Assembly: GCF_004010195.1 (NCBI RefSeq)
Contig: NC_057718.1
Coordinates: forward strand, 79,950,944 to 79,995,582
Length of the DNA: 44,639 bases
DNA from: Chiloscyllium plagiosum
Lineage: Eukaryota
Direction of reading: 5' to 3'
Positions 1-12,784 of this stretch are shown here, one piece after another. Numbering within the stretch: position 1 is the first letter of the stretch; every line of letters begins with the position of its first letter. Position numbers and translations under genes: made by a program. The notes under the pieces were generated by a model. The model was not told the DNA's origin. It was given only the letters and a program-made list of their open reading frames with translations, and ran no database searches.

Positions 1-1297
1 CCCTCTGTTCCTCAACACTACCAAGAATCCTGTCTTTAATCCTATATTCAGCATTCAAGTTCAACCTTCCAAAATGCATCACTTTGCATTTATCCAGATT
101 GAACTCCTTCTGCCATTTCTCAGCCCAGCTCTGCACTGCAGCCTGCAATAGCCCTCGATACTATCGACAACACCTCCAATCTTTGTGTCATCTGCAAATT
201 TACTAACCCACCCCTCAACCTCCTCGTCAAAGTCATTTATAAAAACTACGAACAGCAGAGGTCCAAGAACAAAGCCCTGCGGGACCCCACTCAACACTGA
301 CCTCCAGGCAGAATACTTTCCATCTACAACCAATTCTGAATCCAGATAGCCAAATCTCCCTGTATCCCATACCTCCTGACTTTATGAATGAGCCTACCAC
401 GGGGAACCTTATCAACTGCCTTGCTGAAGTCCATATGCACCACATCCACTGCTCGACCTTCGTCAACCTGTCTTGTCACCTCCTCAAAGAACTCAATAAG
501 ATTTGTGAGGCATGACCTGCCCCTCACAAAGCCATGCTGACTGCCTTTAATCACGGTATGCTTTGCCAAATAGTCATAGATCCTATCTCTCAGAATTCTT
601 TCCAAAACTTTGCTGGCCACAGACGTAAGACTGACTGGTCTGTAATTGCCAGGGATTTCCCTATTACCCTTCTTGAAAAGAAGAACAACATTCGCCTCCT
701 TCCAATCCTCCGGTACGACTCCCGTGGAGAGTGAGGGGGCAAAGATCTTCACCTGCGGCTTAGCAACCTCCTTTCTTGCTTCCCGGAGCAGCCTAGGATA
801 AATCTGATCTGGCCCTGGAGACTTATCAATCTTAATGTTTTCCAAAATTTCCAGCACATCAACTTCATCAATCTTGATCTGGTCAAGCCAGTATCCCAGC
901 TCCTCAAAGTTCTCATTCATAACAAGGTTCCTTTCTTTAGAGAAAACTGAAGCAAAATACTCATTCAGGCTTCCCCTATCTGCTCAAACTCCATGCACAA
1001 GTTCCCTATGCTATCCCTGATCGGCCCTACCTTCTCACTGATCATTCTCTTATTCCTCACGTAAGAGCAAAATGCCTTTGGGTTCCCCCTAATCCTATTT
1101 GCCAAGACTTTTTCGAAGCCCCCTCCTGGCTCTCCTCAGTCCATTTCTGAACTCCTTTCTAGCAAGCCTGTAATCCTCTAAAGCTGTGCTAGATCCTTGC
1201 TTCCTCCACCTTACGTAAGCTTTCTTCTTCCTTTTGACGAGAAGCTCTTCTGTTCTCGTCATCCAAGGTTCCTTAATCTTACCCCTTCTTACCTGTT
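1..1297 (-). mobile_element. CR1-clade LINE ORF2 fragment (reverse transcriptase region), frameshifted; runs off window start
   Basis: ORFs 324-920, 79-333 and 1095-1301 give KSPGPDQIYPRLL, PGNYRPVSLTS, QHGFVRGRSCLTNLIEFF, GVPQG and FADDTK, typical of CR1 RT. Confidence 0.95.
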
Positions 1298-1559
1298 GCA
1301 AAGGAATAAAATTTATTTAATTCTTCCAAACTAAACATAGTATTTCCATTCCAATTCTACTGAGAGCTGAGAAGATTTTATGCTCCAGGTGTTTGTGTTA
1401 TTCAGGATGAAAATAGTATCAATGCATAGAATTTATGATTCTACAATTAAAATATATTGGCTGAGATATTAGATCACGTCTGAAACCAGGGACCATCCTG
1501 ATGCAACACGCTCATCAAAACCTAGCAAAGAATTCTTTTTCATTTTTATGATTTGTGTA

Positions 1560-1650
1560 CAGGATGAGATCATCACTACTAAGGCCAGTATTTATTGCCC
1601 AGACCTAATTGTTCTTCAGAAGGTGCTGGTGAATCTCCTCCTTCAATAGC
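1560..1650 (-). repeat. 3' tail fragment of the CR1-clade LINE/SINE family seen at 12785-14095
   Basis: ggccagtatttattgcccagacctaattg...gaaggtgctggtga matches 12827-12890. Confidence 0.65.
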
Positions 1651-2484
1651 TTGGGACAACTTCTCAGTTAAATTCAAGAGAAATCAAGAGTGCTAAGGGT
1701 AGGATGAAGAGGTAGGGGAGAGGGTGGTAGTGGAGGGGCGGGGTGGTAGGAGGGGTGTGTGCAGGGGAGTTGCAGGTTAAATGACCAACAATCAGCAGTA
1801 ACCGTCATATTTAATGCAGAGCCTGAAGCGAAAGTACTGCTGCTTCTAACTCCACATGCAAGTTAGGGAAAAACTTTAAAAGTGCCTTTCAGATGGCATC
1901 CACCAGCAATCCTATAAAGGAGGATCTGACTGGCTTCTGTGCATCTTGGAAAATCAATTACTGCAAGCATAGTATTGGCTGTTGTCAGTACTATTGGAAC
2001 TTGTAAATGGACTATGATTTGCATTAGAAAAAGAAAAGAAAAAGTCAAAGTCTCAAAGAAGAAAATGGCATTCACTCACACTGATGAATAGTTTGCAAGC
2101 CAGACAGTACCGTAAAAAACATGCTGATAATGCAAAGATGTAATGAAAATTTCTTTCAAGGCTGAGAGATCCACTTAAATCATCCACCACAGCCATTAAG
2201 CTGCCATGCATCTCTATGTTGGTAGCCATTGGGGAAACTGATAGGAGAACTACATTAAGTCAACAAGCACAGAAGAAAAGCACAAGTGGACTGCACAATT
2301 ATGATTCATAATTGGCCCTGTTAAAAATTAGACAATGTATTTGTAGGATATTTTCTTTTCCTCTGAATTTAATGTTAATATTAACATTTCGAGTGAAGTA
2401 TGGACAAGCTCTATTCAGTTGGACTAAAAGAATGCAACCATTGTGATAAATATTGTAGAATTGCTAGACATCTGAGGAACGGGC

Positions 2485-2575
2485 ACTGGGCTCAAAATAT
2501 TAACTCTACTTTCCCCCCACAGATGCTGCCAGATCTGCAGAGCTATTCCAGCAATTTCTATTTTTGTTGTTTTGA
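2485..2575 (+). repeat. Degenerate Penelope-like terminal (pLTR) fragment
   Basis: ttaactct...cacagatgctgccagatctgc...ttccagcaatttct matches 22498-22560. Confidence 0.6.
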
Positions 2576-2708
2576 TGCAAGTTCAGCTACAGCCAAATCT
2601 TCTCAGAGGCTTGATATTAGTTGTAGAATTCAGAAAGTTGGGCATAAAGTGCACATGAGTTAAACAGAAGCCTTAAAGGACAAATTACCAACCAACCAGT
2701 ATGTAATG

Positions 2709-3530
2709 GTCGAAAAGTGTGGTGCTGGAAAGGCGCAGCAGGCCAGGTAGCATTCGAGGAGCAGGAGAATCGACGTTTTGGGCAAAAGCCCTTCTTCAGA
2801 AATGAGGCTGGTGTGCCAAGCGGGCTGAGATAAANTTCATCCCTTGTGGTTGGAGGGTTCCTAGGCGGAAGATGAGGCGCTCTTCCTCCAGGCGTCGTGT
2901 GGCCAGGGTCTAGCGATGGAGGAGGCCAAGGACCTGCATGTCCTTGGCGGAGTGGGAGGGGGAGTTAAAGTGTTCAGCCACGGGGCAGTTGGGTTGGTTG
3001 GTGCGGGTGTCCCAGAGGTGTTCCCTGAAACGTTCCGCAAGTAGGCGGCCTGTCTCCCCAAAGTAGAGGAGGGTTGGGTCCAAATTGTGTTGGTCTGAAT
3101 GTAGTGGGGTCAGTCGGTTCCGCAGGCAGATGCTGAGGAAGGAGATGTGGCTGTGGTAGCGAGTCTGTTTCAGGACGTGGCTGAAGAGCTTCAAGGCAGA
3201 GGAGATGACCTGGGGGGTGCAGTGAGAGAGGGACTCACTGAGATCCTTGTAGAGGGAGGAGGAGAGCTTCTTCAAAGTAGGCATCCTTGCAAGAGGGTTC
3301 GCAGTAGATTAAGATCAACTAGGAGAAAGTGAGGACTGCAGATGCTGGAGACCAGAGTTGAAAAGTGTGGTCTGGAAAGGCGCAGCAAGCCAGGTAGCAT
3401 CCGAGGAGCAGGAGAATCGACGTTTCAGGCAAAAGCCCTTCTTCAGGAATGAGGCTGGTGTGCCAAGCGGGCCTGCTGTACCTTTCCAGCACAACACTTT
3501 TCAACTCTGGTCTCCAGCATCTACAGTCCT
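2709..3530 (-). mobile_element. Internally deleted Penelope-like element with two direct terminal repeats, an inverted 5' piece and a 12-bp TSD
   Basis: TSD cagtatgtaatg at 2697-2708 and 3531-3542. Direct repeats about 2712-2825 and 3360-3472; 3471-3531 is an inverted copy of 3331-3391. ORF 2910-3284 joins an N-terminus to a GIY-YIG C-half (YFGETGR..ERFREH..PVAEHFN..H). Single N at 2835. Confidence 0.9.
3414..3451 (-). ncRNA. Minimal hammerhead ribozyme motif in the PLE terminal repeat
   Basis: Minus strand cattc-CTGAAGA-A-GGGC-TTTT-GCCT-GAAA-CGTC-gattc. A second copy at 2767-2804 has GAAA changed to AAAA. Confidence 0.7.
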
Positions 3531-5122
3531 CAGTATGTAATGTTTGAGCCTTTTAAATAGTGCTGCTGATGAATCCCTATCACCTGTTAATATCATGAAT
3601 ACGAGTGAGTTTATAATGTGATAAGTCTGGTGCTGAGGAAGATCAATTTCATGAAAGGACCTCTAAAATAAATCAATATTTTAAATTACGCCTTTGGAGG
3701 AACTCAATCCAATACATCAGGTACTGTGATATTAATACATTACACCACAGCCTATATTGGACATGGAGGGACGTAACAGTACATAACCATATATTTGACA
3801 TGTCACCAAGGAAACTTTTGTTCATAGTTCAAAATAAACATGTTTTTGCAGGAGAAAACAAAAAGAGTTAGATGAAACATATGCGTTTCTCACTGTATAA
3901 GTTAAGAAGATGAGAAAATATAAAACTAAGGTAACTCAGGTACACTGCTATTGGGAGGTTGGGAGCATGGGAAATTTCTGTGGATACTACTAAAAATGTG
4001 TGAAAGATTATCCAAACCACAACAGCAAAGCTGACAGGAAATGGGTGAAAGGCTGTGAGTTTTAAGTGCATTATATATTGATCTTTAAGTAGTAGACATG
4101 TTGATCAAAGGAACTGATTTCTGTTTACAACTTATCATAATTTGATGAAGATCTTGCTTTACTATTAGCAAATACTTCAAGGGCATTAGATCATTATCTT
4201 TCTCTCTTAAATTTATCTTGATAACTTCTCCTTCATTTCTCCCAAATAAAAAGATCGTACATTTACTTTTGAATCAAAAATGCTTGAAACAAAAACTCTC
4301 TACAAGCTATTTTTGGTTTGTAAGGTCACTTTCCTCACTATGGTATGTTTATTCAGGTGTATCATTATAAAGGTTAGAAAGGCACAGATGGGCAATACAT
4401 AAAGAGCAATATGTGCTTGATTTTATGATTCAAGAACTTGTAAAACAGAAAAGAAAATGCTAAAAATAGAGATCAAGTGTTCATCCGAAAGGAAAAAAGC
4501 CAACTTTAAGGGAGATAACAGTAAAGTTAATGGCATCTGGAGGAGGAAGAGCTCTACAGATGGGTACCATTAAACAAGTAATGAAGGACACTAAAGGAGT
4601 CTTGAAAGTAATAAGAGGTTGAACCCTGCTGAGAAATAGGCAGTTCACCAGCAGACACTTGAGGCATGTTAAAGGCACAATAAAGAAAACTTGCAGGAAC
4701 AGAGAAAATCAGAGTTAGTACCTTATACCTTCTTTTATTTATCTTTCCAAATAGTATGAATGACTCATTTTATTATGTCATGTAATATCTGATTCTTCTT
4801 AAAGGAAGGTAGCCTTTGTATTTACAGTATTTAAGTTAAACTTGAGATAAGTGCAAAACTTGAAATTCACCTACTTGTCTTTGTTTTATGATATGAAAGG
4901 ATTAGTTATTAACCTTTTCAATAAAGTTTCAAATAGCAAATGGAAACATCAGAACTCAAGCCCCAAATCCATTATCTGACATGCGATTATTTTATCATTT
5001 GTGCATTTTTCTGTTTGTCAAAACCCTCAAGTAAAGCAATTGACCATTGTTGTCTTTTCTAGAGTTCATTATCTTGGCCACACTCAAATAAAATGTATAT
5101 CTTTAAACCCAGCTAAACAAAG

Positions 5123-5317
5123 TTAAAAATCACACAACATCAGGTTATAGTCCAACAGGTTTAAATGGAAGCACACTAGCTTTCGGGGCGTCGCTCCTTC
5201 AACAGGCAACACTCCGAAAGCTAGTGTGCTTCAAATTAAACCTGTTGGACTATAACCTGGTGTTGTGTGATTTTTAACTTTGTGCACCCCAGTCCAACAC
5301 CGGCATCTCCAAACCAT
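5123..5317. mobile_element. Fold-back mini-insertion of a second PLE-terminal family, 12-bp TSD
   Basis: TSD agctaaacaaag at 5111-5122 and 5318-5329. About 70-bp inverted arms at 5117-5187 and 5213-5283. Degenerate hammerhead on minus strand 5177-5205: CTGTTGA-A-GGAGC-GAC-GCCCC-GAAA-GCTA. Confidence 0.85.
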
Positions 5318-5354
5318 AGCTAAACAAAGACAGCTTTGATCCCTTTATTTGCTT

Positions 5355-5730
5355 ATGATAGCACAGTGCTTATGTTATCCAGAGAACAAACAATCAAGAG
5401 ACATGAATTCAAAACCTTGTAGCAGCTATGGAAGTTAAATTCACTTGAATAAATATACTTGAAATTTACTAAAAGCTAATATTAGTAATGGTGAACATGA
5501 AATCATCTGACTGTTATTTGGTTCACTCAGAGGAAATCTGTTGTTCTTCTCATCCACATGTGACTCCAAACCTATAGCTAGAGATTGACTCTAAGCTGCT
5601 TTCAAAAATGACCTTGTCTCATTCAGACGTATTCAAGAAGATGGGTCTCTGCCATCTTCTCAAGAGCAATTATGGATGGGCAATAAATGCAGGCCTTGCC
5701 AGAAACATCCACATCTTGTGGACAAATAAA
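5355..5730 (+). mobile_element. Old tRNA-headed SINE with CR1-like 3' tail
   Basis: Shares catgtgactcca...gactct and the tail ggatgggcaataaatgcaggcc with 9068-9425, 35398-35670 and the LINE end at 12790-12890. Confidence 0.7.
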
Positions 5731-6004
5731 TATCTTGTGTTTCATATCGCGTCATCAGCTGGCTGCATAACAATGGCATAAGTAAAATTTGTGGGCAATA
5801 TGGTAAACTCTAGAAGTAGCCTACACTAAGTTTTTCAAAAATAGATGGATGTGGCAAAACCCTATGGCTTTGAGAGCAGTTAATGCCACTACAGCTGAGA
5901 AAATATCCACTCTGAATTAATAACAATGTTTAAATCTATGTCTTTACATTTTTTGGCACAGATATTTCAAACAATGATAACAACAATTTCCTGACAACAT
6001 AAAA

Positions 6005-6105
6005 AGGAAATCAGAAACAAAAACAGGCATTGCTGGAAAAGATCAGCACGTCTGGCAGCATTTGTGGAGAGAAGTCAGAGTTAATGTTTCGGGTCCAGTG
6101 ATCAG
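6005..6105 (-). repeat. PLE terminal fragment with partial hammerhead-like core
   Basis: Minus strand ggacccGAAACATTaactctg...cacaaatgctgccagac; same family as 22470-22606. Confidence 0.6.
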
Positions 6106-6169
6106 AACAAATCAAGAATGGTAACTGTTTTAGTGGTCATTGAGAGCACTTTTACATTTCCATGCTGTC

Positions 6170-6425
6170 TAAAAGCTTTGTTTTGAGAATAGTACAGGCA
6201 GATCACAGCAAACAAGGACATATGGATTATAGGGTGCTTAGACAGAGCAAGGCATACAAGATTACAGCTGCACAGGAAGTGTGCAAAGCAAGATCAACAT
6301 TAGCAAAATCAACATTTATTTGAAGTTCAAGAGATCCACTCAGCAGTCTGATAACAGCAGGGAAAAAGCTGTTCTTGAACTTGTTGGTGGATGTATTCAA
6401 GCTTCTGTATCTTCTACCTGAAAGG
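6170..6425 (-). mobile_element. Rex1/Babar-type LINE 3' end
   Basis: Minus strand reads RRYRSLNTSTNKFKNSFFPAVIRLL, a typical Rex1 RT C-terminus. Confidence 0.7.
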
Positions 6426-8149
6426 CAGGTATGACTGGCATGTCTTTCATTTCACCTGTGACTTAATTTCAGTAGGGTACAAGCTCCCATGAAGCCTGAA
6501 AGTAAGTTATCAATTTTTCAATCTGCTTTTCCATCTCATTATAAAAGGAATGATCTTGCATTAATATAGCAACTTCTATATTCTCAGATTCAAAGTGCAT
6601 CAGATCTGTGAAATACTTCAACATGGAGCAATATTCCCTCTAATTTCTGTTGACCTATTGTGCTGCTCATTCCCTATAAGCTAAATGGATGACTGTGCAG
6701 GTATACAATTGAATTGGAATATTGCTTGTATTATAGTCTGTTTCCTCTGCAATTTTTATGCAAGACTGATATTAGGAAGATCAGCCACAGGTTGGTAAAT
6801 TAACACTCAAACAGAGAATGAATGGCTGATGCCACAAGGCATCTTGTGCCATGCTATTAGAATTAGAATTAAGTTTCATTGTCACGTGCACTCCAGTGCA
6901 GGGATATAGGCCTACAGTAAAAACTGGACAAAGTCACCATTTTCGAGTTGCATCTCAGGTACAAAACCCCGAATTTTAAATAAAACCGTCTAAGATACAA
7001 AAACCAGGATGTAAAAAAAAAGCAGAAATACCAAAATAAAAGCCAAGAAGAAAGGGAGAAGCATCCAATAAAAACACACTCACTAATTTACTTAGCAACT
7101 TTAATCAATAATATTGAACACTATTCTTGATTGCCATCACACTATGTTGAGGTCAAAATTCAATTCAGTGAAAAGCATGTTGCTAAAACAATCCATCACA
7201 CAGAAGATAAATAGTTTTACAGATAACACTTGAATCATGTGATTTCCTGTCAGAGGGGGTCAGAGAGAAATGATCCAGGATTTTATCTATGTTACTGTGA
7301 AGATTTTCTGTTCGAGAAGATCACATAGTTAACGGTGGATGTGAGTCTTGAGTCATAGTATCAATCGTGTGTATGGGACAGGCTACATGGACCAGCTGGA
7401 GTTTTCGTATCCAGCAGCTAAAACATACTACAAGTCAGCTTTGTGTCATTTTTTGGTGAGTTGTATGCAAGGTTTCTCTCCACGAGGGCTAATCACTTTT
7501 CTCATTCAATCTTCATAAACTTTTCTCATTATCTACGCATCACATCCTCTGGCATCCTGTTCGTTACATTTCCCACTCGTCATAGGCGAAACACTTGCCA
7601 CTTCTCAAATATCTCGAGCACTGGATCATTTTTGAAGCCTAGCCGTTTATTTGGTGAAGCAGTCCAGAGTTCCTTTTCACCGCACATGTTGTGGGACAGT
7701 ATCCGTAAACATAGGTGGCAAGGTAAACACTTCATTGCACATACAATTGCATCGACTCACACCTATTGCAGTTTAAGAACCAAACACAGCCTAGTCTCAC
7801 CCCATCTTTGATCCCTAAGGGAATGCTGTTCTTTTTCCACTGCCCAGTTTAGCCTAAAATCTTCCTCTTGCTCAATGTGGAATCATCACCTGCAAATGGT
7901 TCGTTATGTTCGCTTTTATTCAGCATCAATAGAACAGCATTAAACAAACACAAGTTGCACTTGCTTCTGAAAATAGACAGGGATGGCTTGTTTTTTGAGC
8001 AGCAACAAATTCACTGTCAGTGAATGATTACTGCACCCAGCTGACATCTATTCGAACTGGGTGTCAACAGAATTCTGTTTGTTTTGTAGGACTTGACAAT
8101 GCTACACTCTATCATGCAGAAAGTGATGTGACTCCCACTCAATATCCTC

Positions 8150-8860
8150 CTCCTCAGAAGAAGACTGCTCCTACTCTCTCAGCTCTTCAGCATCCATCAT
8201 ATCCCCCCTTTGCCTGCTCCAGTGATGTAGGGCACACTATGCAAGGATTATGTAGCACACTCTTTCTGGAGTTTACTGCAAGGCCCCACCAGACCAATCC
8301 AAGCATAAGCACCCTATTCTTAGGAGGCCTACTGCCTGACCTATCATAGCCGAGTTGAAAAGTTACTAAGTTGTATTTAAGCTCAGTCTCAGGGGATCGC
8401 ATAATGGAGTCATCAGCCATGGTTGCAGAAGATAGCCTTTGTCTGCCATAACCATTCTTGAAAGGCATCCAGTCTTGTAATTAAGCAGGAACATGAAAGT
8501 TCTCAAGCATGTAGGCATCATGGCAGCTCCACGATACCTGGAACAGACTTCTGAGATATGGTACCAATGTTGTCACTAAATAAAAAAAGGTAGCAGTCTT
8601 GATTTATTTATGGGTTCAAGATTCAGAAATCCTACACAGATCCCCAGCTGCATCAAAGTTTAGTGCAGTTGTCACCTTGACAGCCACCCACTCCAATTTT
8701 AAGGCCAATTTAAGCATCTGCTTTATCTCTGTGACACTGTCCTGGGACATCCTCAGCCTGGGAAATTCTGTAACTTGCTCATATGTAGACAATAGCATTG
8801 AGGACGATAATCTCTGAGCCTCCGTCACCTCCTGCACAACTTGAGGGGACCTTCAGCTGT
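8150..8860 (-). pseudogene. Degenerate PIF/Harbinger (HARBI1-like DDE) transposase
   Basis: Frameshifted minus-strand motifs VAVKVTTALNF..GDLC (ORF 8616-8837), CHDAYML (~8505-8525), DKGYLLQPWLMTP (~8405-8443) and E.KYN. Confidence 0.8.
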
Positions 8861-9067
8861 GATCTCTTCATGTGGAAGCTATTCATATCCCATGCACTTA
8901 CAGATGCTTCTATTGCTCCTCCACGTCTCCGGGCCTTTGTTGTATTACACTAACAAAGATAACCCTTGTTGTGCCTGGATTCATTGATTTTGCTTTCAAA
9001 GAAAATAGGAAACAGATCAGTCCTTCATTATATGAACAGTCAGCATTCACATCACTAACAAATAAGG

Positions 9068-9425
9068 GTTTTTTAAAACATTTGTTCACAGGATATAAGC
9101 ACTGCTGCCTAGGTCAGCATTTATTACCCATCCCTCACTGTCCAGAAGGCATTTAATGGTCAACTGTATTGCTATGAGTTTGGAGTTACATGTAGGTCAG
9201 ACAAGGTAAGGGAGCCAAATTCCCTTCCCAAAAGGGCATTAGTGTCAACCAGATAGGTTGTTACAACAATTAGCAGTAGTTCCACTGGGGAATCACCATT
9301 GGGCTAGCTTATTATTAAACTCAAATTTCACCATCTGCCATGGTGGAATTCGAACGCATAACCCTGAACGTTAACCTGACATTCTGGATTATTAGTCCAA
9401 TAACATTACAGCTGCACCATCACTT
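9068..9425 (-). mobile_element. tRNA-headed SINE with CR1-like tail
   Basis: Reverse complement has gttcgaattcc (B-box-like), acatgtaactccaaac and the gggatgggtaataaatgctg tail. Confidence 0.7.
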
Positions 9426-9839
9426 CCTGGTCAAATCTATGAGATGACTATCTGATCCTGTGCACACAGTGTCCTGGTTTAGCACTGAAGTGCAGAATAG
9501 TCTTGCAGGTAGATAGGAGATGTGGCATCAGGGTGCAGTGATGCTGGTACGTGTCAGATGTTAATGTCCAAAGGAGGGGACTGTGTGCAGTGACACCCAT
9601 GGAGTGTGCCCTGGGATGTTGGTACCTGGTGCCCAAATTGGAAGTCCAGGGGAGCAAATGGAGAGCTGGAAAAGCTAGTTAACTGCTCTAATTGTCACAT
9701 TGGAAACTGTTGCCATCTTGTTTATATTTGATGAGTGGGAGAGTAGTAAATTGCATATTAATGAGGTGAAAGTTCATCATAATGAGACATTAACATATTC
9801 TAATTCATGCAAATAGGCCTCACTGCTCAGTAATAAAAA

Positions 9840-10407
9840 TCTTGTGTACAGAACATTGGTAAGGCCTCTTCTGGAATACTGTGTCCAGTTCTGGTCACCA
9901 GTTATAGGAAGGATCTTATTAAACTAGAGAGAGTTCTGAAGAATTTATCAGTATTTTGCTAGGTCTGGAAGGTTTGAGTTATAAAGAAAGGCTGGACAGA
10001 CTGAGATTTTTTTCACTGGAGCGTGGGAAGTTCACATGTTACCTTCTCGAAGTTTATTAAAAAATGAGGGGTAAATATAGAGTTAATGGTAGTTGTCTTT
10101 TCCCTAAGGTGGGGCATTTCAACACTAATGGGCATATTTTTAAGGTGACAGGAGAGAAATTTTAAAAAAGCATGGGGACAAAATCTTTATACAGAGAATG
10201 GTTTGTGTGTGGAATGAACTTTCTGAGGAAGTGGTGGATGTGGGTACAATTACAAGTTTAAAAGACATTTGGATCAGTACCTGGATGGGAAAGGTTTGGA
10301 GGCATATGGGCCAGGATCAGGCAGGCGGGACTAGTTTAGTTTGGGTGTATGTTTGGCATGGTCTGGTTGGATCGAAGGGTCTGTTTCTGAGATGGATGAC
10401 TCAATGC
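9840..10407 (+). mobile_element. CR1 LINE 3' fragment
   Basis: Decodes to LYRTLVRPLLEYCVQFWSP and VWNEL.EEVVD, followed by a CR1 3' UTR (gaagggtctgtttc...atgactc). Confidence 0.9.
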
Positions 10408-10608
10408 CTCCAGGATTTGGTTCAAAATTGGAACTTTTTGCTCCTGTCACTGAAAAGCTCTTCATTGGCCACCTCATGTGATTCCTAAATTCTTCATCAA
10501 TGTCCATTTTGTTCAGAGGTTGTAAAGATTCTATTGTTTTCCTATCTGTGCACGTTCATGACCAAAAAACGGAATGAAACAAAGTAGAAGCATAGGTCCA
10601 CAGCTGTG

Positions 10609-10672
10609 TCAAAGGAAACTGATTCCACTGTTATAAATTGTCCCTGAACCGGCTTCATGACTCATTGGAACA
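10609..10672 (-). CDS. Candidate terminal coding exon of an unidentified gene: (S)VPMSHEAGSGTIYNSGISFL*
   Basis: Acceptor ttaaatatttag; starts in phase 2, matching the end of 14250-14316; TGA at 10609-10611. No clear polyA signal just downstream. Confidence 0.35.
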
Positions 10673-11532
10673 CTAAATATTTAAAATAGATTTTAACACT
10701 GCAATGTTTTATGTGATGGTGATATTTTCTCATATCAGTTATTCATTTGACAGGTCAAGAATAGATACTGAATAGGATACTGAAGCAAACAGCATGAACA
10801 GAATAAAAAAGAATAATTTAAAAAATACTAGCTGACAAAAAGTAATATTGCAGGCAGGAAATAAAAAAAATTCTCTTGTAACTAGGGACAGAATTTTACC
10901 ACCTTAGCGCCTGCTAGTAATATTACAAAACAAAAAACAAAGAAAGAATGTGTGGGTGATGGATGATGCGCTAACAATTTAGATTTGATTAGATTAGAGA
11001 ACATGTACCCGAATACAGGAGTACAGGAGAACAGTGAAAAGTGTACAGAGTCGCCATTCTCTGATACTATCTCAGAACACAATGGTTAGAATTAAAGTTC
11101 AGAAGAGAAATTAAAGAAACAGAAACAAAAGGAAAAGAAAATGTCCAGATAATCCACACCTCCGCTGCCACCGTGTGTCTTCAGCCGGGCTCATCAACGC
11201 CACGTACGCTGGGCGCACCAATTGTTCAGTGCCACCAGAGGTCACCATGCTCTGGTGCTATCACTCATCGCTGGGCTCACCTCACCGTTGCTGTGGAATC
11301 AGTTGGAGTATCAGAGTACACATCTGTCCGGAACCAATGCAAGAGTGTAACCCTTTGAAACAGTGCTGACATCAGAGCCGCTGTCGATGCCAGTGCTGCT
11401 GCCACTGCCTCAAGTGCAACACTGGGCCCACCAAAGTCAAAGTCACTACACTCCGGGTCCACCCAATTATGATAGAAAAGGAAAAGAAACACACCTGAGT
11501 GTGGTTAAATTGGAAAGAAAATAAACAATCCA

Positions 11533-11640
11533 TTGGGTCCTCCTGTGGCACAGTAGTAGTGTCCCTAACCCTGGCCTGTGAGTTCAAACCCACTTGCTAC
11601 AGAGCTGTGTAATAACATCTCTGAACAGGTTGATTAGGGA
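11533..11640 (+). repeat. tRNA-derived SINE head
   Basis: tggcacagtagt (A-box-like) and gagttcaaaccc (B-box-like); no cloverleaf. Confidence 0.55.
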
Positions 11641-11689
11641 AACAGATTTTAAATAATCAATTCATGCAGGCAGGATAAAGACAAATGAT

Positions 11690-12780
11690 GTAATGAGATG
11701 TGTAATGAAATCTTAAGGCTGGAAAGAAATGACAAATAAAAGGTATGTATCAGAAGGTGAAACCTTTAACAGACAGAGAGAAAAGGATAACATTAGAAAG
11801 TGGGTGTACAGAAGACAGATGATAAAATAAAGTCTGAAAGGGATGAAGCAGTTAAAAGATGGACAGAATGTGTTAGTGAATTTTAATATGATCCAAATCA
11901 AGAGAATCCTTAAGATATAGAGGCAAATGATGAATGAAACATTTTGATATCAGAGGTTAAGAATGTTTTGAAATTGATGAGTACAGGAAAAGCTCCAGGC
12001 ATAGATGAAGTAACGACTGAACATATAAAACCCCTTGGAGAAACAGAATGGGAAGTGATAACAGACATTTGTGATACCAAAGCATGCATTCCAAGTGACT
12101 TGAGGCATTCATTATTCATTAAGTTACCTAAGAAACCTAAAGCATTAGAGCACAATCATTTTAGAAATATGATCTTAATGAGTCATCTCATTAAAGCAAT
12201 CCTGAAAATTATTACAGGCACATTTGAAACAGGCATTAGTGCAACACTGTCCGGATTTAGACATGGATTAAGATCGAGAGGGAATATTTAACCTGAGAAC
12301 AATTTTCTATCAATATCTAGAAGTAAACAAAAGAACTTGCATATGTTTCATAGACTGTGAAGAAGTGTTTGATCGTGTTTATCACCAAAGGTTAATAGAT
12401 GTGATGTTGAAATATAACACTGACAGTAAAGATTTGAGATTTATCCAGAAGCTATATTGAGATCAAATAGGAAATTTCAGGCTAGAAGGAAAATAATCAG
12501 ACATGTCTCAAGTGAGGAGAAGAATATGACAAGGCTGTGTACAATTGACAAAATTATATAATCTGTATGCAGAAACAAAATTGGATCTACTTCGAGGGAT
12601 GCAAATTGGAGACAAGAGATAATAAACCTACTGTATACTGATTGCAGAATCCAAAAAGACCCTATATAATATCACAGATCAAGCAAAATTTAAAAGTTTA
12701 GAATATAGATTGAGTATGAACACCAAATGTACAAAAACATTGGTAGTTAGAAGCAATACATTAGAAAAAAACTAGAATGA
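11690..12780 (+). mobile_element. RTE-clade LINE RT fragment, decayed
   Basis: ORF 11944-12291 has GKAPGIDE and SLFIKLPKKPKA..FR..ILMSH..K.ILKII, then SGFR.G, CFID...FDRV and QGCV in shifted frames. Confidence 0.8.
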
Positions 12781-12784
12781 AGAT

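Noticed and set aside
2080..2123. 44-nt minus-strand exon candidate with gtgagt donor
   Set aside because: All three frames are open and the acceptor is modest, so it is uninformative.
7443..7811. 122-aa ORF
   Set aside because: Non-ATG start, no recognisable motif and no convincing splice signals.
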